A DNA stretch of 32,000 nt, from NCBI GenBank assembly GCA_028279745.1, contig JANQNC010000001.1, forward strand, positions 90,001 through 122,000, given 5' to 3'. The DNA comes from Candidatus Nanoarchaeia archaeon (GTDB lineage: Archaea; Nanobdellota; Nanobdellia; Woesearchaeales; JANQNC01). Positions 16,643 through 22,891 of the stretch are shown piece by piece. The position numbers and the translations under genes are program-made. Position 1 is the stretch's first letter. The number at the start of each line of letters is the position of its first letter. The notes below the pieces were generated by a model. It searched no databases. It saw only the letters and a list, made by a program, of their open reading frames with translations, and had not been told where the DNA came from.

Positions 16643-16666
16643 AAAAAAATAAAATTAAATTTTTTT
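16643..16666. terminator. bidirectional oligo-T/oligo-A terminator region between convergent genes
   Basis: A7 at 16643-16649 reads as T7 on the minus strand, and T7 lies at 16660-16666. Archaeal termination typically occurs at oligo-T tracts. Confidence 0.35.
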
Positions 16667-16934
16667 ATTGTTTGTTTCTAGCAACTACAAATACAGCTGC
16701 TGCCGCAATAACTAAAGCGCCAACGCCTAAAGCGCTGAACTCAGGAATTGCTTCACTTGGTTCGCCAGGGAAACAGTATCCATATTCACCAAACTGCATA
16801 TCACAAGGTCCGCAGTCTGGTTGACATATTTCATCTTGTGGGCTGAAACATTGTCTTTCTTCACATGCTGGTTGAGCTACAATAAAGCTTAAAGCCATCA
16901 AAGCCACCAGTGCAAATAAAATAATTTTTTTCAT
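16665..16934 (-). CDS. secreted Cys-rich mini-protein with a PEF-CTERM-like C-terminal sorting/anchor signal
   Basis: The start is set at the ATG at 16932-16934 (MKKIILFAL...), preceded by GAGGTG. The track's GTG start lies inside that SD. The protein has a signal peptide, an about 45-aa mature region with 6 Cys (C-x4-C, C-x3-C-x2-C, ...C), then PEF, the hydrophobic helix SALGVGALVIAAAAVFVV, and the basic end ARNKQ. Confidence 0.6.
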   Translation of the reverse strand: MKKIILFALVALMALSFIVAQPACEERQCFSPQDEICQPDCGPCDMQFGEYGYCFPGEPSEAIPEFSALGVGALVIAAAAVFVVARNKQ

Positions 16935-17002
16935 TGTTAATATCACCTCATAACATTGATAATGCTATTTTTGGGATTATTAGTATATAAAAGTTTCTAG
17001 AA

Positions 17003-18361
17003 TTACATGCCGAACTTGCTCATATCAGGCATCTTGCCGCCAAATTTCTTTAACATGCCTTTATTCATCTTACCGCCTTTCATCATACGGATCATCTTTT
17101 TACTCTGTCTGTACTGTTTTAACAAGTCTTTAATTTCGCTGGAGTCCATTCCTGAACCTTTAGCAATCCTATCGATCCGGTCAGCACTAATTATGTCTGG
17201 TTCTTCTAACTCTCCTTTTGTACAAGAATCCATGATAAATCTCCATTTCTTTAATTTTTCTTCCTGAACTTCTAAAGCTTCTTTAGGGATATTCATATTG
17301 CCCATTCCAGGAATAAGTTCCATAACTTTGCTTAAAGGACCCATCTTTTTAACAGCACTCATCTGTTCGTAAAGGTCTAAAAGATTAAATTCTCCTTTCA
17401 ATAGTTTTTTACCTAAGTCTTCGGCTTGACCTTCAGGAATAGCTTCTTTAGCTTTTTCAAGTAATCCTTCAATATCGCCCATGCCTAAAAGTCTTGAAAC
17501 AAACCTTTTTGGATCAAATTCCTCAAAGTCATCAACCTTTTCACCAACCCCTATGAACTTAACATTGGCGCCAGTGACAGCACAAGCACTTAACGCACCA
17601 CCTCCTTTAGCAGTACCATCCATCTTTGTAATAATAACTCCTGTCACTCCACAAGTCTCATGTAAAGTTTGGGCTTGCTTTTGAGCAGCTTGTCCAATAT
17701 CTGCACCTATAACAAAAAGTTTTTCGTGAGCATCAATGGCCTTATGCAGATTGTTTAACTCTTCAACTAATTCATCTGAAAGTGCGTCTCTACCTGCAGT
17801 GTCTAGAATAACTAAATCGAATTTGTCTAGTTCAGGTTCAAACTCTTTGTAAATTTCAACAGGATCTTTCTTTTCAGGATTTCCAAATACGGGGATATCA
17901 ACTTGTTTACCTAATGTTTGGAGTTGTTTGAAAGCAGCAGGTCTCCAAGTGTCTGTCGACATTAATGCTACTTTTAATCCACGTTTTTGGTAATACTTTC
18001 CAAGTTTAGCTGCAGTTGTAGTTTTACCGTTTCCGAATAAACCCACTAACATTATCTTAGTTGGTTTTTTAGAAGTGTCTAACTTGACTTGTTCTTCACC
18101 TAGGAAGTTTACAAGCTCTTCATATACTACATTTATCAAGTGTTCTTTCTTTGTTAAGCCTGGCTTCAGCTCTTCATTTAACGCTCTTTCTTTGATTGTT
18201 TTAGTTAGGTCAAATACTAACTGTACGTTCACATCTGATTGTAATAAAGCTCTTTGAATGTCCTTAACAAGCTCATTGACTAGTTTCTCATCTACAAAGA
18301 CTGATTTAGCTATCTTCTTTAATGTGTCTTTCAGTGATGTGCCTAGTTTATCTAATACCAT
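17003..18361 (-). CDS. srp54: signal recognition particle protein SRP54
   Basis: The N domain is present. The G domain shows GLFGNGKTTTAAKL, DTAGR and TKMDGTAKGG. The Met-rich M domain ends ...MMKGGKMNKGMLKKFGGKMPDMSKFGM. Confidence 0.92.
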   Translation of the reverse strand: MVLDKLGTSLKDTLKKIAKSVFVDEKLVNELVKDIQRALLQSDVNVQLVFDLTKTIKERALNEELKPGLTKKEHLINVVYEELVNFLGEEQVKLDTSKKPTKIMLVGLFGNGKTTTAAKLGKYYQKRGLKVALMSTDTWRPAAFKQLQTLGKQVDIPVFGNPEKKDPVEIYKEFEPELDKFDLVILDTAGRDALSDELVEELNNLHKAIDAHEKLFVIGADIGQAAQKQAQTLHETCGVTGVIITKMDGTAKGGGALSACAVTGANVKFIGVGEKVDDFEEFDPKRFVSRLLGMGDIEGLLEKAKEAIPEGQAEDLGKKLLKGEFNLLDLYEQMSAVKKMGPLSKVMELIPGMGNMNIPKEALEVQEEKLKKWRFIMDSCTKGELEEPDIISADRIDRIAKGSGMDSSEIKDLLKQYRQSKKMIRMMKGGKMNKGMLKKFGGKMPDMSKFGM

Positions 18362-18382
18362 GGTGTAGAAAGATTATTGTTG

Positions 18383-18393
18383 ATATTTAAAGG
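18383..18393 (-). promoter_or_regulatory. TATA-like box for srp54 (leaderless or short-leader transcript)
   Basis: The minus strand reads CCTTTAAATAT, 22-32 nt upstream of the srp54 ATG (18361). No SD lies in between. Confidence 0.35.
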
Positions 18394-18402
18394 TTACTAC
18401 GA

Positions 18403-18840
18403 TTACTTTTCTTTTACTACAACACACTCAGCAAGTACGTCATGCAATCCTTGGTGTTTCTCTGTAAAAGCGATCATGATAAATCCTATGTATAATATTA
18501 TTGATGATAATATCTTTCCAAAGAATCTTCCTGAAGCTCTTCCAAAAGAAATTCTTTTGCCTTTTTCATTTGTTACCTTTATTCCACAAGCAAGTTTACC
18601 AGGTGTTGCCTGTCTTTTAGAACTCTCACATCCTGCATAATAAATCCAAGGTGTGATAAACATAAGAGATAACGCCAAAAGACCAAAAACAAGTTGTATT
18701 GCTTCACTTGCAGGTGTAAATGCTGCAGGTAATGCTAAAATAACTAGTATTGCAATAAAAATAATGTTAATTATTACAGAATCGATAATGTATGCCACAA
18801 GTCTTCTTCCGAATCCGGAATACTTTACTTTTTTCGGCAT
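18403..18840 (-). CDS. RDD-family membrane protein
   Basis: YSGFGRRLVAYIIDSVI carries the R and D of RDD. ATPGKLACGIKV and the C-terminal GLHDVLAECVVV are also present. There are three TM helices. Confidence 0.7.
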   Translation of the reverse strand: MPKKVKYSGFGRRLVAYIIDSVIINIIFIAILVILALPAAFTPASEAIQLVFGLLALSLMFITPWIYYAGCESSKRQATPGKLACGIKVTNEKGKRISFGRASGRFFGKILSSIILYIGFIMIAFTEKHQGLHDVLAECVVVKEK

Positions 18841-18842
18841 TC

Positions 18843-19625
18843 TTAGTTCCAGTTAAGATCAAACATTGCTTGTAATGCTTGTGCGAATATAGGGGTTTTA
18901 ACCCAAACTCCAACATCGTATGAAGGGTGTACTGAAACATCATCCATAAGCATGAATACAAGTTCTTGTCCATCTGCAACCATGAATCTTCCTTTAACTT
19001 CTGAATCTCTAACTTCTGCGAAATCTTTAAGCTGTTTAACAACTTTTTCGTTCTTTTTGTTAACTGGTGCTAGTATTCTAACTGATACTCCGTTTTCTTT
19101 AGCTTTTTTCAAAGCTCTTTTGAAAGCGTCAGCTTTTCTTACTAAACCTTCTGCTGAAGTTACTATAGAAACTGATTCTTTTGCATTAGCGATCATTGAA
19201 GCCATCTGGTTGTATGATGTGTCTCTTCCTTTAAGGCTTCCTGACAACTCTGTCGGGTCTGTCTTTTCGATCCCTTGTGTGTGTAGTAATGTTAATTCGT
19301 TAAGAACAGTTGAATCTTTAAGCTCGTCAACCATCTTGATCTGTGAAGCTTTTTCGTTTTCAATCTTCTTCTTAACCCTTGATAGAACTTCTTCTGGAGG
19401 TACAGCCACATATTTGATCGGCTTTCCTAGTTTCATTATGATGAAACCTTTCTTTTCAAGTGATTCTAGAACATCGTATGCTCTTGATCTTGGTACGTTA
19501 GAAATGTCTGATAGTTCTCCTGCGTTAGCAACGCCTCTTGATAATAGTGCTGTCCATATTTTAGCTTCGTATGAGTTAATGCCGAAGTCTTTTAATTTTT
19601 CCAAAAAGTTTTGTTCTACAATCAT
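18843..19625 (-). CDS. TrmB-family transcriptional regulator (N-terminal wHTH plus C-terminal TrmB-type domain)
   Basis: FGINSYEAKIWTALLSRGVANAGELSDISNVPRSRAYDVLESLEKKGFI is the canonical TrmB N-terminal wHTH. The protein is 260 aa. An AGGAG SD lies upstream. Confidence 0.8.
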   Translation of the reverse strand: MIVEQNFLEKLKDFGINSYEAKIWTALLSRGVANAGELSDISNVPRSRAYDVLESLEKKGFIIMKLGKPIKYVAVPPEEVLSRVKKKIENEKASQIKMVDELKDSTVLNELTLLHTQGIEKTDPTELSGSLKGRDTSYNQMASMIANAKESVSIVTSAEGLVRKADAFKRALKKAKENGVSVRILAPVNKKNEKVVKQLKDFAEVRDSEVKGRFMVADGQELVFMLMDDVSVHPSYDVGVWVKTPIFAQALQAMFDLNWN

Positions 19626-19674
19626 TTTTTATCGTCTCCTTATTTTTTATGTAGTCAGTATCGTTTTTTTTGTA

Positions 19675-19690
19675 ACTATTGTGTAATAGT
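19675..19690. promoter_or_regulatory. perfect 6-4-6 palindrome ACTATT-GTGT-AATAGT in the trmB upstream region (candidate operator)
   Basis: Read directly from the sequence. It lies 50-65 nt upstream of the trmB-family ATG, within a 213-nt divergent intergenic region. Confidence 0.3.
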
Positions 19691-19838
19691 GAATCATAAC
19701 TAGTATTTAAATGTTTCTATTTTTAACCACCCTCCAGTAGAGAATTATATATAAAATCAACCTCTAGAAGGTCTAAAAAGGGCAATATTTAAATACTAAG
19801 GGTCCCAGAATTGATATATAGATAAGTGAGTGGTTAAT

Positions 19839-20342
19839 ATGACAGAATTACCAGAAAATCTAAAGAACGTGGGAGATGCGTTAGATAATGAGCGAGTTAG
19901 TATGGGGATAAGTGCGACTGGAGCGGTAGCGAAGCAGTCAGAAGCCCCAGAACAGGCAGAAGAGCCAGTATCAGAGCCTGTAGAAACTCCAAAAGAGGAG
20001 CCAAAAATGGATGATTCAACAGCAAATGAGCTTAAAGAAAGAGTAGAGAAGATGGAGAATGTATTGCAAGAATTTGGTAAATTCTTCATGGAATACAAAG
20101 AAGAAAACGCAAAAAGAGTTGGAGAGCTATCAGAAGCAGTATCTGCATTCAGAAATGAGATGTTGAACATTAAGACTGCAGCACAGAAAACAGAAGCTGC
20201 TCCAGCAGCACCGGCACCAGTACAATCAGCTGAATCAACCCCTGCTGAAAAACCAAACCACAAAACTGGAGACACAAAATCCAGTGACGTAGACATAAAC
20301 GAGATATTCAGCAACGCAAACGGCAGGATGATGAAAAAGTAA
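19839..20342 (+). CDS. acidic, Ala/Pro/Glu-rich protein with a central coiled-coil-like segment; hypothetical
   Basis: The ATG at 19839 (MTELPENLKN...) is preferred to the track's GTG at 19830. The central ELKERVEKMENVLQEFGKFFMEYKEENAKRVGELSEAVSAFRNEM is helical. The antisense ORF 19796-20410 is S/F-rich junk. Confidence 0.55.
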   Translation: MTELPENLKNVGDALDNERVSMGISATGAVAKQSEAPEQAEEPVSEPVETPKEEPKMDDSTANELKERVEKMENVLQEFGKFFMEYKEENAKRVGELSEAVSAFRNEMLNIKTAAQKTEAAPAAPAPVQSAESTPAEKPNHKTGDTKSSDVDINEIFSNANGRMMKK

Positions 20343-20362
20343 TCAATGGAGGCAATTAAAAA

Positions 20363-20509
20363 ATGGCAGAAGCAAGATGCATGAAATGCAGAACACAAGT
20401 AGAAATCCAAAACCCTGAAGAAGTAATTAATGCAAGAGGCCTTAAAATGATCAAAGGTAACTGCGGAGCATGCAACACAAAAGTTTGCAGGATCGTAGGA
20501 AAAGCATAA
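20363..20509 (+). CDS. small zinc-ribbon protein, 48 aa (CxxC...CxxC)
   Basis: My own translation is MAEARCMKCRTQVEIQNPEEVINARGLKMIKGNCGACNTKVCRIVGKA*. A GGAGG SD lies at 20348-20352. The layout matches small stand-alone zinc ribbons common in archaea. The ORF is below the ORF-track cutoff. Confidence 0.6.
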   Translation: MAEARCMKCRTQVEIQNPEEVINARGLKMIKGNCGACNTKVCRIVGKA

Positions 20510-20510
20510 G

Positions 20511-20555
20511 TTTAATTTTTTTAACTTTATTCTTTTAGAGGATAGTTTATCCTCT
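20511..20555 (+). terminator. oligo-T tract followed by a short hairpin downstream of the zinc-ribbon gene
   Basis: T7 lies at 20516-20522. The hairpin is AGAGGAT (20537-20543) / ATCCTCT (20549-20555) with a 5-nt loop. Confidence 0.3.
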
Positions 20556-20570
20556 TAGTATTATTTTGAA

Positions 20571-20632
20571 GGGCGATGATGAAGTTAATTCCCGGCTGAT
20601 CTTAATGATGAACGGAAGTAACTTCTGAGCTC
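20571..20632 (+). ncRNA. C/D-box sRNA (2'-O-methylation guide) with complete C, D', C' and D boxes
   Basis: The boxes are C AUGAUGA (20576-20582), D' CUGA (20596-20599), C' AUGAUGA (20605-20611) and D CUGA (20625-20628). The 13-nt guides are AGUUAAUUCCCGG and ACGGAAGUAACUU, with a 5-nt spacer between D' and C'. The termini GGGC/GCUC can pair with one G-U. The element is intergenic. Confidence 0.75.
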
Positions 20633-20666
20633 ATATTAATCACTTACTTGTTACATATTTATTCTG

Positions 20667-20696
20667 TTTATAAATAGTATACTAATGTTTATAAAG
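20667..20696 (+). promoter_or_regulatory. two tandem TATA-like boxes (GTTTATAAA x2, 20 nt apart) upstream of the Ntn-hydrolase gene
   Basis: GTTTATAAATAG lies at 20667-20678 and GTTTATAAAG at 20687-20696. The second box overlaps the track's ATG at 20685, which argues that the real start is the downstream ATG at 20742 with its GGGGG SD (20730-20734). Confidence 0.35.
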
Positions 20697-20741
20697 AACC
20701 TGTATTCACTGTTAAGTGTTGAAAATGATGGGGGAAGAGAA

Positions 20742-21653
20742 ATGACTATCTGTGTAGGATTCATACCTAATGATAAAACTGTCATGATTATGCAGGATGG
20801 AGAGGTTACAAATGGTAGGACTGGCATCCCTTACACAGTAAAAAAGATGCAGAGGTATGATGATAAGTTTTTTATTGGCTATCTGAAAAGCAGAGAGTTA
20901 AGCGGACTTTTAGATATAATTCTGCAGGGAGCAGATCTAAATAAGATAAAAAATTATGATGATATGAAAAAAGAGATAGAAAAAGCAAGACACAAAGTGT
21001 GGAAATCAGAAGCATTAGCAGTCTTAAAACAACACGGGGTTAATTCTTTAGAAGCTTTAACATCAACTGTTATCGACGAAGAAACAGAAAAAGAGATCGA
21101 TCTAAAGCCGGAAGTAAAGAATGTTTTACTTAACACAATAACAGATAAATCTTTTTTACAGATGGGTCTGATGGTGGGATACTTTTTTGATAAGCCAGGG
21201 ATAAGTTATATGTCTGTAGCGGGTGCATTAAGAGGAAGTGTTATCGGACCAAAAGAATTCTATGTGGATGGGGTTGCTGGTGAAGGAATAACTATGAAGA
21301 TGAAAAAAATGGTTGCAGAGTACCAATGGAAACCAGGAATAGACAATGTTGATGCATTAGACATCCTAGTAAAAGCGGGAAATGGAGCTTCGGAGTATTC
21401 TGGAGTTGGAGGGCCTTTCTCTATAATTATGATGGGTGAAGATAAAAAAGTAAAAGAGCTAGATGAAAGAAAACTGAACATGGTTATGGATATTGATAGA
21501 CTAAACGAACTTTCTGCAGGAGGATTTATCCCTGCATACTGTGATGCATTGACAGATCTTGCCGACCATAAAGTTAGCGCTGACCAATTATACGATAAAT
21601 TATCAAAGTTAGATGTGGGTTATGAATTTAAACATAAGTTTAAGAACTCATGA
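20742..21653 (+). CDS. proteasome-beta/HslV-like Ntn-hydrolase-fold protein with no propeptide (Met-Thr start) and an ~80-aa insertion
   Basis: With the start at 20742 the protein begins MTICVGFIPNDKTVMIMQDGEVTNGRTGIPYTVKKM. That places Thr at +1 after Met removal, Asp at about 18 and Lys at 33, matching the proteasome T1/D17/K33 triad spacing. Later elements are YVDGVAGEGI (compare GSG) and ALDILVKAGNGASEYSGVGGPFSIIMM (compare A...A..RD..SGG.i.v). All of this was read by eye. Confidence 0.5.
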   Translation: MTICVGFIPNDKTVMIMQDGEVTNGRTGIPYTVKKMQRYDDKFFIGYLKSRELSGLLDIILQGADLNKIKNYDDMKKEIEKARHKVWKSEALAVLKQHGVNSLEALTSTVIDEETEKEIDLKPEVKNVLLNTITDKSFLQMGLMVGYFFDKPGISYMSVAGALRGSVIGPKEFYVDGVAGEGITMKMKKMVAEYQWKPGIDNVDALDILVKAGNGASEYSGVGGPFSIIMMGEDKKVKELDERKLNMVMDIDRLNELSAGGFIPAYCDALTDLADHKVSADQLYDKLSKLDVGYEFKHKFKNS

Positions 21654-22296
21654 TGCCTAAATTATTAACTTTTCTAGACAAAGTTTCTTTTGCAATGCCG
21701 ATCTTTTTAGCAGTCAACATTGTGTTGAAGTCATTCTCTTCTAAAGCTCTTGTTAAGAACTGGATCTCAAACTCTTTCATAGCATCATCATAACTTAAGT
21801 TAATGTCTGGAAGATTAAGTGAGATATCTTTGATGTGATCTTTCTTTAGATCATAAGATTTATTTTTTGTGATGTCATACTTTGACAAAGTATCTTCAAC
21901 GACGCTGTAAACATAATTTTCTTTTTGGTCTTTAGTGAAGTAGTAAGGTCCTTTTCTTAGATTTTCAATGTTAATCTTGAATTTTTTGATCAGTCTGTGA
22001 ATACTTCTTCTGTCTAATCCTGCTATACTTGCAACTTTACTTACGTTACCGTAACATGATTGAAGTAGTGTTAGGATAAATACTCTCTTGAAGTCTTTCT
22101 TTGCATCTTTAAATTTTTGGTTAACATCAAAATCAACTTGAAGAACTGGGTTAACTAATTTTTCTGAAATGTCTTCATTAACTTCTTTTATCTTGACACC
22201 TAAGAATTTCTTCATAGACTCCTCTACAACTGGATCTATGCTCTGCTTTTTATGCATAATTTTCTCTAAGCTTTGGGACTTCTTTGTCATAGTCAT
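21640..22296 (-). CDS. DNA-binding protein with two Fis-type (HTH_8) helix-turn-helix domains and no other recognisable domain
   Basis: Domain 1 is FKRVFILTLLQSCYGNVSKVASIAGLDRRSIHRLIKKFKI. Domain 2 is FEIQFLTRALEENDFNTMLTAKKIGIAKETLSRKVNNLGI. Both fit fE...i..aL....gN...aA..LGi.R.tL.rKl. Confidence 0.6.
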   Translation of the reverse strand: MTMTKKSQSLEKIMHKKQSIDPVVEESMKKFLGVKIKEVNEDISEKLVNPVLQVDFDVNQKFKDAKKDFKRVFILTLLQSCYGNVSKVASIAGLDRRSIHRLIKKFKINIENLRKGPYYFTKDQKENYVYSVVEDTLSKYDITKNKSYDLKKDHIKDISLNLPDINLSYDDAMKEFEIQFLTRALEENDFNTMLTAKKIGIAKETLSRKVNNLGIMSS

Positions 22297-22435
22297 ACTG
22301 AGACAAAGAAATCATTTGTTATATATAAACCTTTCGGTATTTGTTACTTTGAAGTGGTGTTATGAGGAAAGTTTAAATAGTGGGGGTTGTACCTTGCTTG
22401 TTATGAGTGGCGAACCTGCTGTAGGGGAGAAGGGC

Positions 22436-22861
22436 ATGTCCCTAAGTGATAAAATAAGTAGTATTGTATTATTAGCTGCTGCTGTTCTTGGAATGAGTTA
22501 TTTTGTTCACACCATGGGTGAAAGAACACAAACTAAACTGGATGACAAATATGGGTATGTGAACGCAGTTGTAGTTGAAGAAGAACATAAGAATAAGATT
22601 GCACCTTCAGGAGAATGGCAAGGACTGTCAGATTATGTTATAAAAGCAAAAGCATATGGAACAGGAGATACCCTAAGTATAATCGTGAAAGATTGGAAAA
22701 GTTTTACAAAAGAATCATTAGATAGTATGATCCAAAAAGGAACAATAGTCCAGTTCCCAAGACGAGCAATTGAGAGAAATGAAGAGGTGCGTGAAACATA
22801 CTTTAAACCAGGAGACAAATCAGGAGTGAAGTATGCTGATAGGATAAAAGTAATGGGTTAA
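22436..22861 (+). CDS. N-terminally membrane-anchored hypothetical protein, 141 aa
   Basis: The 5' part of the track ORF (22169-) overlaps the divergent gene and is discarded. The ATG at 22436 follows the SD AGGGGAG, and the alternative is the ATG at 22403. The TM helix is ISSIVLLAAAVLGMSYFV, followed by a soluble domain with no known motif. Confidence 0.5.
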   Translation: MSLSDKISSIVLLAAAVLGMSYFVHTMGERTQTKLDDKYGYVNAVVVEEEHKNKIAPSGEWQGLSDYVIKAKAYGTGDTLSIIVKDWKSFTKESLDSMIQKGTIVQFPRRAIERNEEVRETYFKPGDKSGVKYADRIKVMG

Positions 22862-22891
22862 AATATTTCTTAAAATAACACTTTGTTAACA

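Noticed and set aside
18952-19686. 244-aa ORF on the + strand
   Set aside because: It is entirely antisense to the well-supported TrmB-family gene. Its S/F/L-rich low-complexity translation is typical of a shadow ORF in an AT-rich genome.
19796-20410. 204-aa ORF on the - strand
   Set aside because: It is antisense to the acidic protein gene and runs into the zinc-ribbon gene. Its composition (S, F, C, A runs) is not protein-like, and it has no SD or TATA.
20685-20741. First 19 codons of the Ntn-hydrolase ORF (MFIKNLYSLLSVENDGGRE)
   Set aside because: The ATG at 20685 lies between and overlapping two TATA-like boxes and has no SD. The ATG at 20742 has a GGGGG SD and yields a Met-Thr N-terminus consistent with the fold. 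This remains unproven.
22169-22435. N-terminal 89 codons of the 230-aa + ORF
   Set aside because: This part overlaps the start of the divergent Fis-HTH gene and the shared promoter region. Credible starts with an SD occur only at 22403 and 22436.
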